Source of the DNA: a bacterium | Lineage (GTDB): Bacteria > Patescibacteriota > SICC01 | Reading direction: 5' to 3' | Length of the DNA stretch: 64,000 nt | Assembly: GCA_030699935.1 (NCBI GenBank) | Contig: JAUYKS010000002.1 | Coordinates: 81-64,080, forward strand | Shown here: piece after piece, positions 27,317 to 36,497 of the stretch | How the letters are laid out: each line of letters opens with the position of its first letter | Numbering within the stretch: position 1 is the first letter of the stretch | Position numbers and translations under genes: made by a program | Notes under the pieces: model-generated | What the model was told of the DNA's origin: nothing | Databases searched by the model: none | Seen by the model: only the letters and a program-made list of their open reading frames with translations

Positions 27317-28689
27317 GAGGTATGCAACTATCGGGGAGCGTGCGCATTCCGGTCATCACGGCCGCGGTCCTGGCGGGCGGTCTCGTGGCCGGTTCGCTGG
27401 TGCGGATCAATCCGTTCTCGGAGAGCGGCGCCGCGCTGACGGCGCTGGATATCAGCATCGGGACCGGCTTGCTGCTGCTGTTCGGCTCGGTCTTGCACCG
27501 CCGGAAACTGGGCGACTTCGTCCGGTTCGTGGGGCGGCACCCGGCCTGGCGCTTCAGCGCCCTGTTCCTGCTGATCGCTCTCTTCACGCTACTGGTCAGG
27601 GCGGGCAGTTACCCGCCGAACGAACTGATCGTCGCCGGGGCCTACCTGCTGAGGCTGATCGCCACGTTCGTGCTGTTCTGGCTCCTGGCCTACGGCGGCA
27701 CGCGGTTCCGCAAACCCCTCCTCGGCGCTTTCGGCGTCGCGGCGGCGGCGCTGGTCTCGCTCGGATTCCTGCAATTACAGCTGGTTCCCAATTTCCGATT
27801 CGCCCGCCGCGAAGGCTGGGACCCGCATCTGGACCGCCTGTTCTCCACGTTCCTCGACCCGAACTTCTTCGGCATCTTCGCGGTGCTGGCGATGGCGGTT
27901 GCGCTGGCGATGTACCTGCGGAACCGCAAGGAGAAGGGCCGCAAAGGCGCCGTGGCAGCCGGCTACCTGCTGCTGTTCCTGGCGTCCTGGGTGGCGCTCT
28001 ACTTCACCTTTTCTCGCAGCGCCTGGGTGGCGGGCCTGATCGCCATCCCGCCGATCGCTTGGAAGTACCGGAAGATGCTCACCGTCGTGATCGCGGCGGT
28101 TTTCATCGCCGCGCTGTTCCTGCCGACCCGGCTGGGGGACCGGTTCGAGTCCACCCAAGGGTTGATCCGCGCCTCGGACTACCAAGGCGAGCGGTACGTT
28201 TGCGACCCGGCCGAACCGGTAGCGGCTTGCGATCCGAGCGGTTCCAACCGCATCTTTTCGATCCGCGACGGCCTGGAGCTGGCGCGGCAACACCCCGTCT
28301 TCGGCGTGGGCTACAACGCGTACGCCTTCGCGATGAAACAGGACGGCAAAGCGACGGAACGCTCCCTGCGGCGGCACTCCGCGAACGGCTCGGACAGCTC
28401 GCTCCTGAACGTGTTGGTCACGACCGGCGCGTTCGGCCTGCTCGCGTTCCTGGCGTTCTTCGCCGGGACCTTGTGGCGGTTGTTCAAGCAGAGCGCCGGC
28501 ACGGGCACCGTGGCTTGGCTTTCCTGGGGGCTGCTCTGGTTCACGCCGGCCTGGCTGGCCGCCTCATTCTTCAATAACGCCGTGCTGTACCAGCTGATCC
28601 TGGTGCCGTGGGGCATGCTGCTGGCGGTGGCATTGGCGAGAGGCAACCCGGCGAGTCCGACGAAGAATCCCGCGAGGGGAGGCCGATGA
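27313..28689 (+). CDS. O-antigen ligase / Wzy-like family membrane protein (paralog 2)
   Basis: Real gene is the 3' two-thirds of track ORF 26413..28689; starts MRGMQLSGSVRIPVITAAVLAG; ..YFTFSRSAWVAGLIA.. (TxSR motif), ~10 TM and a large external loop. Confidence 0.6.
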   Translation: MRGMQLSGSVRIPVITAAVLAGGLVAGSLVRINPFSESGAALTALDISIGTGLLLLFGSVLHRRKLGDFVRFVGRHPAWRFSALFLLIALFTLLVRAGSYPPNELIVAGAYLLRLIATFVLFWLLAYGGTRFRKPLLGAFGVAAAALVSLGFLQLQLVPNFRFARREGWDPHLDRLFSTFLDPNFFGIFAVLAMAVALAMYLRNRKEKGRKGAVAAGYLLLFLASWVALYFTFSRSAWVAGLIAIPPIAWKYRKMLTVVIAAVFIAALFLPTRLGDRFESTQGLIRASDYQGERYVCDPAEPVAACDPSGSNRIFSIRDGLELARQHPVFGVGYNAYAFAMKQDGKATERSLRRHSANGSDSSLLNVLVTTGAFGLLAFLAFFAGTLWRLFKQSAGTGTVAWLSWGLLWFTPAWLAASFFNNAVLYQLILVPWGMLLAVALARGNPASPTKNPARGGR

Positions 28690-29945
28690 TCGCCGCGTTC
28701 GGCGCCGAGCAGACGATCACTGTCGCCGGCCCGATCGCGTGGGCAGCCGTCGCGTTGCTGATGCTGGCGGCGTTCTTCTTCACGCGCCGTCATCCCGGCG
28801 GTGGGCTCGGATTGGTGATCGCGGCGCTGCCGCTCTACCAGGTCCGCGGCACGCTGGGCGGGTCGTTGGGCATCCCGGGCTTGCCCGACATCCCGACCAC
28901 GCTGCTCGAGCTGCTTCTGGGCGCGGTCGTGCTGGGTTTGCTCAGCCGGTGGCCGGCGATCAAACCGCGGCGTTCGCCGTACGATCTCTGGCTCGGCCTC
29001 TGGGTCGGCGGCTCGCTGCTGGCCGCGCTGCTGGCGCCCGACCGGATGCAGGCGCTCGGCCTTTGGCGGGCGTTCTTCCTGGAGCCGGCCGTGTTCTTCG
29101 TCGCCGCGCAAGCCGTGTTCCGGAAGGAATCGCCGCGTCCGATCGCCTATGGCGCCGGCGCCGCGATCCTGATCACCGCCCTTTGGACCGGCGCGTTGGC
29201 ATTGGGCGCCGGTACGGCGCTCTCATACGACGGCCGGCTGACCGGACCGTTCCAGTCGGCGAACTTCCTGGCGCACCTCGGCGTGCCGCTGGCCTTGCTT
29301 CTGATCGGTTGGCCGGAACGTCTCTCGCCGCTCGTCCGGTACGTCCCGGTCTTGACGGCGCTGCTCCTCCTGGCCGGATCGCAATCGCGGGGCGGGCTGC
29401 TCGCGCTAGCGATCGGCGGCAGCGTCCTCCTGGCCGTCCGCCGCGGCGGGAAGCGGCTGCGGCAGGGCGCGGTTCTCGCGGCGGCAGTCGCCTTGGTCAT
29501 CCTGGGCGCCTTCACCCTGATCGAACGGAACGACCGCTTCTCGACCCGCAGTACGCTGTGGGGGACGGCGGCCGAAGTCGTCCGGGAGCGTCCGCTGCTC
29601 GGCGCCGGCCCGGAACACTTCCAGGACGAAGTGCGCCGCCGCATGGGCGGTGACGATGAGCTCCGCCGGTTCGTGATCCCGCGCGCGCCGGACGCTCACA
29701 ACGTCTTTCTGGTCACCTGGACGGAATGGGGATTGCTGACGTTCCTCGGCCTGCTCGGCTTGCTGGGAACCGCGATCCGCCTGCTGGTCACGCGCCGCGA
29801 CGCCTGGGTGCCGGTGGTGGCGGCAATGGGAGCGGCGATCATCGCCCACGGCCTGGTGGACACGCCGATCCTGAAGAACGACCTGGCTCTGATCTTCATG
29901 GTCGTCCTGCTGCTGACGGCGCTGCCGAAACGGAGAGCATCGTGA
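28686..29945 (+). CDS. O-antigen ligase-like family membrane protein (paralog 3)
   Basis: ATG 28686 overlaps the upstream stop; multi-TM; ..LLLAGSQSRGGLLALAIGGS.. (SR-G motif), C-terminal ..ERPLLGAGPEHFQDEV..HNVFLVTWTEWG.. as in WaaL/Wzy proteins. Confidence 0.5.
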   Translation: MIAAFGAEQTITVAGPIAWAAVALLMLAAFFFTRRHPGGGLGLVIAALPLYQVRGTLGGSLGIPGLPDIPTTLLELLLGAVVLGLLSRWPAIKPRRSPYDLWLGLWVGGSLLAALLAPDRMQALGLWRAFFLEPAVFFVAAQAVFRKESPRPIAYGAGAAILITALWTGALALGAGTALSYDGRLTGPFQSANFLAHLGVPLALLLIGWPERLSPLVRYVPVLTALLLLAGSQSRGGLLALAIGGSVLLAVRRGGKRLRQGAVLAAAVALVILGAFTLIERNDRFSTRSTLWGTAAEVVRERPLLGAGPEHFQDEVRRRMGGDDELRRFVIPRAPDAHNVFLVTWTEWGLLTFLGLLGLLGTAIRLLVTRRDAWVPVVAAMGAAIIAHGLVDTPILKNDLALIFMVVLLLTALPKRRAS

Positions 29946-31072
29946 AAGGCAAGCGGATTGGCATCGACGCGCGGTTCTACGGGACCGGTTCGGGGCTGGC
30001 CCGCTACACCCGCGAGCTGATCGACCATCTCGCGAAGCTGAAATCGCCGCACACGTTCGTCGTGCTTCTGCTTAAGGAAGACGTCGCGGCGTTCAAGCAG
30101 AACGCGCCCAAGCCGGACGGCCCGCCGTTCGAGATCCTGCCGACCACGATCCGCCACTACACGTTCGCCGAGCAGCTACGGCTGCGGCGCCAGCTCGAGC
30201 GCGCGAACCTCGACCTGATCCATTTCACCAACTTCAATTACCCGATCCGCTACCGGAAGCCGTTCGTGGTGACGCTGCACGACGTGACGCTGCTGGAGTA
30301 CGCGGGCCGCAGCCGGCTGTCGAGACTCAAGATGCACCCGATGCGGATGGTGGTGAGCCGGGGGATCAAGCGCAGCAAGGCGGTGATCGCAATCTCGAAG
30401 CACCAACAGCGGTTGATCGCACGCCGCTTCCGGACGCCGGCGGACCGGATCAAGGTCATCTACGAAGCAGTCGAGGGGCGGTACCGTCCGATGACGGCGG
30501 GCGCCAAGGTCGCTTTCCGCCGGGAGCACGGCCTGGACCGTCCGTTCTTGATGTACGCCGGCGAATGGCGCGAACACAAGAACCTGGTCCGGATGCTGAA
30601 GGCGTTCAAGCGCCTGCGGCAGCAGCGCGACGTCGAGCTGGTGCTGGTCGGCAAGCGCGATCCCGCCTTCCCGATCATCCCCCAGACGATCCGGCGCCTC
30701 GGTCTGACCGATAACGTCCGCCTGACCGGATTCGTCGCCGACGCCGATTTGCCGAAGTACTACGCCTGCGCCGACGCGTTCGTGTTCCCGTCGCTGACCG
30801 AGGGATTCGGCCTGCCGCCGCTGGAGGCGATGGCCAGCGGCACGCCGGTGGCGTCCTCGGCGGCCCAGCCGATGCCGGAGATCCTCGGTGACGCGGCGCA
30901 CTTCTTCAACCCGCGGAACACCGCGGAGATGGCGCAGGCGCTGGACCGCGTCCTAACTGACCGCCGGCTCCGGGCAGCGCTCCGGACGCGCGGCTTGGCC
31001 CGGGCCAAACGGTATTCCTGGAAGCGGATGGCGCGGGAGACCCTCGACGTCTACGAGTCCGTCTTGGAGTGA
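29942..31072 (+). CDS. glycosyltransferase family 1 (GT4)
   Basis: GTG 29942 overlapping the upstream TGA; MKGKRIGIDARFYGTGSGLARYTRELI..; C-terminal ..TEGFGLPPLEAMASGTPVASS.. Confidence 0.65.
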   Translation: MKGKRIGIDARFYGTGSGLARYTRELIDHLAKLKSPHTFVVLLLKEDVAAFKQNAPKPDGPPFEILPTTIRHYTFAEQLRLRRQLERANLDLIHFTNFNYPIRYRKPFVVTLHDVTLLEYAGRSRLSRLKMHPMRMVVSRGIKRSKAVIAISKHQQRLIARRFRTPADRIKVIYEAVEGRYRPMTAGAKVAFRREHGLDRPFLMYAGEWREHKNLVRMLKAFKRLRQQRDVELVLVGKRDPAFPIIPQTIRRLGLTDNVRLTGFVADADLPKYYACADAFVFPSLTEGFGLPPLEAMASGTPVASSAAQPMPEILGDAAHFFNPRNTAEMAQALDRVLTDRRLRAALRTRGLARAKRYSWKRMARETLDVYESVLE

Positions 31073-31113
31073 GAGCGCTTCGTCCGCGGCCGCGGTATAC
31101 TGATACGTCCCCC

Positions 31114-31344
31114 ATGCCTACAATGAACCCGCATGAGCAAAAAGCGGTCGTCGAATCCGTCTCAGCCCGAACGGTCACGCTGCGTTTGGGTGACCAGAGA
31201 TTCGAATGGCCGCGCGAACAAGCGCCGGAACTCCGGAAAGGAGATTCGGTGATGGTCCGCCTCCTGACCGAAGCTCAGGCCGTGACCGACCGCCACGAAC
31301 AGGCTCGGATCGTGCTCAAGGAGCTTTTGGGGGACGGGCGATGA
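31114..31344 (+). CDS. small hypothetical protein (DUF3006-like pattern)
   Basis: 76 aa from ATG 31114 (MPTMNPHEQKAVVESVSARTVTLRLGDQRFEWPREQAPELRKGDSVMVRL...); weak resemblance to DUF3006 small proteins; the track ORF starts earlier at 31069. Confidence 0.35.
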   Translation: MPTMNPHEQKAVVESVSARTVTLRLGDQRFEWPREQAPELRKGDSVMVRLLTEAQAVTDRHEQARIVLKELLGDGR

Positions 31345-31374
31345 GCGGCGGGCGACGATGAGTGGCGACGGGCA

Positions 31375-33108
31375 ATGAGCGAGCGAAGGGGCCGCCCGTT
31401 CTTCCGGGCCGCGATTACGCTCGGGTTCTTCGTGCTGCTGATCGTCGGCGCGAGCCAGGTCCTCTACCGCGACCGCGTGCTGCCCGGCGTGACGGTGGCG
31501 GGGATCAACCTCGGCGGCAAGACCGAATCGGAAGCCGCGGCGACGATCGCCGACCGCACCAAGGACCTGAAGCGGCTGACGTTCGCCGAGGACGGGCGTT
31601 CGTATGAGTTTTCCGCGGCGGAACTCAGTCTGAAAGCGGATCCGCAGGCCACGGCCCGTCTGGCGATGGAAGCCGGCCGCGGGGACTTCGGGATCGCCCT
31701 GGCGCCTTCGTCGTTCGGATTCGGAACGTACGACTCCCGGTTGGTCTATCGGCTGAACCGCAGCGCGCTGAAGCAGAAACTGCTGGACCGGACGGCCGAA
31801 TCGACCCGTCCGGCGATCGACGCATCCGTCGTACGGGCCGGTGACGACTTCGAGGGCTTGCCCGAGGCGGACGGATTCGGCATCGACGCGGACCGGGCCG
31901 TGCGGGACGCCAGTCTGGCGATCGAACGGCTGGAAACGGCCGTCACGCTCCATCGCACCGTGCTCCGGCCCCGCGTGACGTCTCAGGACTTGGCCGCGCC
32001 GTTGGCCCAGGCTAGGCTGTTGGCCGATCAACCCGCCGTGATCCAGGCCGGGGATCGGGAGTTCCTGCCCGGCCCGGTGGCGGTGCGGGACTGGGTCGGC
32101 TTCCGCGTGACGAAACAATCCGCCAAGACGCCACTGTACGATTCGACGATCGTCCCGATGTTCCTGAAGGAACTTTACCTGACGCCGGCCGAACTGGGCG
32201 AAGAGCGGTTCCGCCTGACGGCCGACTACGACCGTGAGAGCGTCGGCCAGTACGTGAATACGATCGCCGACCAGATGGATCGGCCGGCAGAAAACGGACG
32301 GCTGACGATGCGCGGCGGCAAGTTGGTTTTCTCCGGCGAATCGAAGGACGGACAAGTGGTCGATCGTCCCGCCGCGGTCGACGAGATCGTTTCGCGCACC
32401 AAACGGGCCGAAGTAGCGGTCCTGCGGGTCGTGAAGGAACCGGCCCAGATCAGCCCGACGAACCTGGGCAAACTCGGTCTGAAGACCCTGATCGGGAGCG
32501 CGACGACCACGTTCGGCGGCAGTCCCGTCAACCGGACGTTTAACATCGGCGTCGGGGCGGCGAGGTTCGACGGCGTCCTGATCAAACCGGGCCAGGAATT
32601 CTCGTTCAACACGACGCTCGGCGAGGTCGGTCCGGAGACCGGATACCGCCAGGAGCTCGTCATCCTGGAGAACAAGACCGCGCCGCAATATGGCGGCGGT
32701 CTGTGCCAGGTCTCGACCACGATGTTCCGGGCGGCAATGGATGCGGGTCTGCCGATCACCGACCGGACCAACCATTCGTATGCCGTGCACTACTATGCGC
32801 CGATCGGGATGGACGCCACGATCTACCCGCCAGACCCGGACATGAAGTTCGTGAACAACACCAAGGGATACATCCTGGTCCAGACCAGCCAGTCGGGACA
32901 GTCGCTGACCTATGAGTTCTACGGCACGGACGATGGGCGCAAGTCCAGCACGGAGATCCTTTCTATCAACGCGACCGAGGAGGGCGGCGGCACGGCCTCG
33001 TTCCGCTACTCGGTGAAGGGCGGCCCGCAGCCGATCGACCAGGTCTTTTACTCCAGCTACAAACCGCGGAAGGCGTTCCCGGTGGCCGGCGAGCAAAGCC
33101 TGAACTAA
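31375..33108 (+). CDS. VanW family protein (membrane-anchored)
   Basis: N-terminal TM; C-terminal VanW domain ..TFNIGVGAARFDGVLIKPGQEFSFNTTLGEVGPETGYRQELVI..GGGLCQVSTTMFRAAMDAGLPITDRTNHSYAVHYY.. Confidence 0.75.
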   Translation: MSERRGRPFFRAAITLGFFVLLIVGASQVLYRDRVLPGVTVAGINLGGKTESEAAATIADRTKDLKRLTFAEDGRSYEFSAAELSLKADPQATARLAMEAGRGDFGIALAPSSFGFGTYDSRLVYRLNRSALKQKLLDRTAESTRPAIDASVVRAGDDFEGLPEADGFGIDADRAVRDASLAIERLETAVTLHRTVLRPRVTSQDLAAPLAQARLLADQPAVIQAGDREFLPGPVAVRDWVGFRVTKQSAKTPLYDSTIVPMFLKELYLTPAELGEERFRLTADYDRESVGQYVNTIADQMDRPAENGRLTMRGGKLVFSGESKDGQVVDRPAAVDEIVSRTKRAEVAVLRVVKEPAQISPTNLGKLGLKTLIGSATTTFGGSPVNRTFNIGVGAARFDGVLIKPGQEFSFNTTLGEVGPETGYRQELVILENKTAPQYGGGLCQVSTTMFRAAMDAGLPITDRTNHSYAVHYYAPIGMDATIYPPDPDMKFVNNTKGYILVQTSQSGQSLTYEFYGTDDGRKSSTEILSINATEEGGGTASFRYSVKGGPQPIDQVFYSSYKPRKAFPVAGEQSLN

Positions 33109-33118
33109 GAGCGCTGAT

Positions 33119-33739
33119 TCAACGTTTGCCGACGACGAGACCCCAGACTTGCCGGGCACCTTTCGTGCGGCAAGCCGCGGCGCAAGCGGCCAACGTGGCG
33201 CCGGTGGTGTAAACGTCGTCGACCAGGACGACCGTCTTACTGGACAACGCCGCGCCGGTCCAGTCGAAGGCTCCCCGGACGTTCCGGTGCCGCTCCGCGC
33301 GCCCGAGGCCGGTTTGGGTCTGCGTGTATCGTGTGCGGATCAGGGCGGTGGACATTGGCAGGCCGGTCGATTCGGACAAGGCTTCGGTCAGCAGCGCCGA
33401 TTGGTTGTGTCCGCGCTGCCGCAGCCGCCGCGGGTGCAGCGGGACCGGCACGAGCAGGACGTCGCTTCCGGGAACCTTCCGCACGAGCGGGGCCAACATC
33501 GCCGCCATGCCCGGCGCGACCGCCTTGGCGTGACGGTACTTCAGAGCCTTCACTAGCCGCGTCACGGGATCGCGGTGTACGGCAGCTGCTAGCAGGCCGT
33601 CGAGACCATTGCCGGGTGCCGGCGCCACGCCGACCGGCACGACCCGCCGACTGCACTCGTCACACCACCAACTCCCCGGTGCTGCGCAAGAGACGCAACG
33701 GGGCGGGAACAGGAGATCGAGCAGGCGGGAAAGCACCAT
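33119..33739 (-). CDS. comFC: ComF family protein (ComFC-like phosphoribosyltransferase)
   Basis: N-terminal Zn-finger CVSCAAPGSWWCDEC; C-terminal PRTase motif VVLVDDVYTTGATL. Confidence 0.75.
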   Translation of the reverse strand: MVLSRLLDLLFPPRCVSCAAPGSWWCDECSRRVVPVGVAPAPGNGLDGLLAAAVHRDPVTRLVKALKYRHAKAVAPGMAAMLAPLVRKVPGSDVLLVPVPLHPRRLRQRGHNQSALLTEALSESTGLPMSTALIRTRYTQTQTGLGRAERHRNVRGAFDWTGAALSSKTVVLVDDVYTTGATLAACAAACRTKGARQVWGLVVGKR

Positions 33740-33779
33740 GCTCCTATTTTAACAAGCAACCTTACCGAAGGATATGCGC

Positions 33780-34721
33780 CTATTCCACGATATGCTTCGG
33801 GTCGAATCCCAGCGAGCGCACCAGCAGCTCCCACTCGGTCCGATAGACCTTGCGGCGTTCCTTCTCGTGGAACTTGAGCATGGTGCGGTCGGCGATGATC
33901 CGGACGTCCGGTTCGTCCGAACGCGGCTCGGTATCGATCCGCTTCAGCTGGAACTTCGCCAGGCGTTTTTCCAACCGGTCGCCGAACCGACCAGACAGCA
34001 ACTTTTCCCGCCAGGCGGCGGCCCGGCCCGGCGCCGGCGGTTCGAATTCCGCATCGGCATACCCGGGCACATAGGACTTCACCCAGCGGTTGGCCTTCAG
34101 GAATTCGCTGTAGGTTCCGCTGTCGAGCACCGGCCTGAGCCCCGCGACCCAATAGGCCAAATAGATGTCGTACGGCTCGAACGCGATATCCGACAAATCG
34201 AGGTGTTTAGTGGTGGCCCAAAAGGAAAGGCACATCCGGTTCGCGATCTTCTTCCCGTGCCGCCGCAGGCCGAAGACCTGCAGGACGGCGGTTACCAGCA
34301 GCCGCGTAGTGAACAGACGCTTCGGATCGGTGACGATGAACAGGTCGATGTCGCTGTCCTCGCCAGCGGTGTGGTCCGCCAGGGTGTTACCGACCGCCGC
34401 CATCCGGATGAACGGCAATTGCCGCAGCAAACCGACCGCTACTCCGACCCGCCACCACTTGTACCGGTAGGCGCGGTCCGATTTGGCGGTGGGGTGATGC
34501 ACCGTCGCGCCTTTGACCCAGTACCGCCCCTTCCGTTCGTGCACTTTTCCGCCCAACCGCGAGAGGGCCTTTTCCAGTTCCGCCCGATCCGCCGGCTCCT
34601 TCAGCAGCAACCGTTCGAGCTCGGAAAGGCTGACCGCCCGCCCCAACGCGCTGAACCAGGCCAGCGTCCCGGCCACCCGCCACTCGATCGGCACCGTCCT
34701 TGGGTTTTTATCGTCCACCAC
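33780..34721 (-). CDS. nucleotidyltransferase-fold protein of unknown function
   Basis: 313 aa; minimal NTase signature AAVGNTLADHTAGEDSDIDLFIV (G[SN]-x9-12-DxD) preceded by a ~100-aa N-terminal domain; family not recognised. Confidence 0.4.
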   Translation of the reverse strand: MVDDKNPRTVPIEWRVAGTLAWFSALGRAVSLSELERLLLKEPADRAELEKALSRLGGKVHERKGRYWVKGATVHHPTAKSDRAYRYKWWRVGVAVGLLRQLPFIRMAAVGNTLADHTAGEDSDIDLFIVTDPKRLFTTRLLVTAVLQVFGLRRHGKKIANRMCLSFWATTKHLDLSDIAFEPYDIYLAYWVAGLRPVLDSGTYSEFLKANRWVKSYVPGYADAEFEPPAPGRAAAWREKLLSGRFGDRLEKRLAKFQLKRIDTEPRSDEPDVRIIADRTMLKFHEKERRKVYRTEWELLVRSLGFDPKHIVE

Positions 34722-34740
34722 CTCAGCTTACACTGGGGAC

Positions 34741-35733
34741 ATGGGCACCAACCGCAAACGAGTACTTTCCGGCGTCCAAGCGTCCGGCAACCTGCATCTC
34801 GGCAATTACATCGGGGCGCTCCGGCAATTCATCGACCTGCAACGCGATTACGATTGCTACATCTTCATCGCCGACCTGCACGCGATCACCGTGCCGCAGG
34901 ATCCCAAGGCGCTCCGGAAGCAGATCCGCAGCGTGGTGAACATGCACCTGGCCTGCGGGCTGGACCCCGACAAGGTCACGCTCTTTCGCCAGTCCGACGT
35001 CTCCGCGCATTCCGAGCTGGGTTGGCTGCTCAATACGATCGCGACGATGGGCGAGCTGAAGCGGATGACCCAGTTCAAGGACAAGGCCGGCGGCAAGGCG
35101 GAAGCGTCGGTCGGGGTCGGGCTGTTCGATTATCCGGTCCTGATGGCGGCGGACATCCTGCTGTATGAGGCGGACCTGGTGCCGACCGGCGAGGACCAGA
35201 AGCAGCACATCGAGCTGGCCCGCGACCTGGCGCAGCGGTTCAACCACCGGTTCGGCCGGACCTTCCGGATGCCGAAGCCGATGATCCCGAAGATCGGGGC
35301 GCGGATCATGGGACTCGACGACCCGTCCGTGAAGATGTCGAAGAGCGCGGCCTCCGCCGGCAACCGGATCGAACTGATCGATTCGGAAGACGTGATCCGC
35401 AAGAAGGTCTCGCGGGCGGTGACTGACTCGGGTTCCGAGATCAAGGCCGGCCCGAAGAAGCCCGCCGTGACCAACCTCCTGACGATCATGTGCGCGCTGA
35501 CGGACCGGACCGTCGCCGAGCTCGAGAAGGAGTTCGCGGGGAAGGGCTACAAGGAGTTCAAAGAGGCGCTGGCGGACACGGTGGTCGCGGCCCTGAAACC
35601 GATCCAACAGACCCTGGCAGAATTAGAGAAGAACCCGAAGTACGTCGACGAGGTCTTGGCGCGGGGCGCCGAGAAAGCCCGGCCGGTCGCCGAGCGGACG
35701 CTGGCGGCTGCGAAACAAGCCATGGGGCTGTGA
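34741..35733 (+). CDS. trpS: tryptophan--tRNA ligase
   Basis: VLSGVQASGNLHLGNYIGAL (HIGH region), KMSKS at ..DPSVKMSKSAAS..; ~330 aa class I aaRS. Confidence 0.92.
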   Translation: MGTNRKRVLSGVQASGNLHLGNYIGALRQFIDLQRDYDCYIFIADLHAITVPQDPKALRKQIRSVVNMHLACGLDPDKVTLFRQSDVSAHSELGWLLNTIATMGELKRMTQFKDKAGGKAEASVGVGLFDYPVLMAADILLYEADLVPTGEDQKQHIELARDLAQRFNHRFGRTFRMPKPMIPKIGARIMGLDDPSVKMSKSAASAGNRIELIDSEDVIRKKVSRAVTDSGSEIKAGPKKPAVTNLLTIMCALTDRTVAELEKEFAGKGYKEFKEALADTVVAALKPIQQTLAELEKNPKYVDEVLARGAEKARPVAERTLAAAKQAMGL

Positions 35734-36497
35734 AGCTCGTTTCACTCAACTGTTGGTGCGGTCACGAATTTGAGACGTTGACTTCTTTTATCGAGGAGCA
35801 ATCGCGCGATACCGACGTGTTCTGCTTACAGGAAATGGTCGACGCGAAGCAGGACTTTTCGGACATCGACGACCGTTCCAACCTGATGACCGAAATCGGG
35901 AACCGGTTGCCGGCTTTCGACGGATTCTTCCACCCGATGATCGACGGGATGCTGGCGGACGGGACGCTGGTGGATCATGAGCTGCCGTTGGGCCAGGCTA
36001 TGTTCATTCGCCGCGGGATCGCACACGGGGACGTCAAAGACCGATTCGTGTACCGAACGTACAACCAAATTATCGAAGGCGACATCTCAAGCATTCCACG
36101 TAACGTGCAATACGTGACGTTGACCGGGCTCGACCGTCCGTTGAACATCCTGAATTTCCACGGTCTTTGGTGGAACAGCTACAAGGATGACAACGAGCAC
36201 CGGCTCGAACAGTCACGGAAGATCCTGGACCTGCTCAGCGGCCTAAAAGGGGAAGTCGTTTTGACCGGGGACTTCAACCTGAAGCCCGAGACGAAGAGCC
36301 TGGCGTTGTTCGAAGGTAGGCTACGAAATCTGATCAAGGAGTTCGGAGTTACGGACACCCGGACCAGCCTGTATAAGAAGCCCATCCGCCATGCGGACTA
36401 CATATTGGTCAGTGAAAACGTCAAGGCCAAATCGTTCGAGGTGCCCGACCTCCCGATTTCCGACCACCGGCCGATGATCCTCGAGTTCAGTCTATGA
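35730..36497 (+). CDS. endonuclease/exonuclease/phosphatase (EEP) family protein
   Basis: GTG 35730 overlapping the trpS stop; ..VFCLQEM.., ..VVLTGDFNLKPETK.., ..LPISDHRPMILEF.. catalytic motifs; the upstream part of track ORF 35490.. is an overlap artefact. Confidence 0.65.
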   Translation: MKLVSLNCWCGHEFETLTSFIEEQSRDTDVFCLQEMVDAKQDFSDIDDRSNLMTEIGNRLPAFDGFFHPMIDGMLADGTLVDHELPLGQAMFIRRGIAHGDVKDRFVYRTYNQIIEGDISSIPRNVQYVTLTGLDRPLNILNFHGLWWNSYKDDNEHRLEQSRKILDLLSGLKGEVVLTGDFNLKPETKSLALFEGRLRNLIKEFGVTDTRTSLYKKPIRHADYILVSENVKAKSFEVPDLPISDHRPMILEFSL

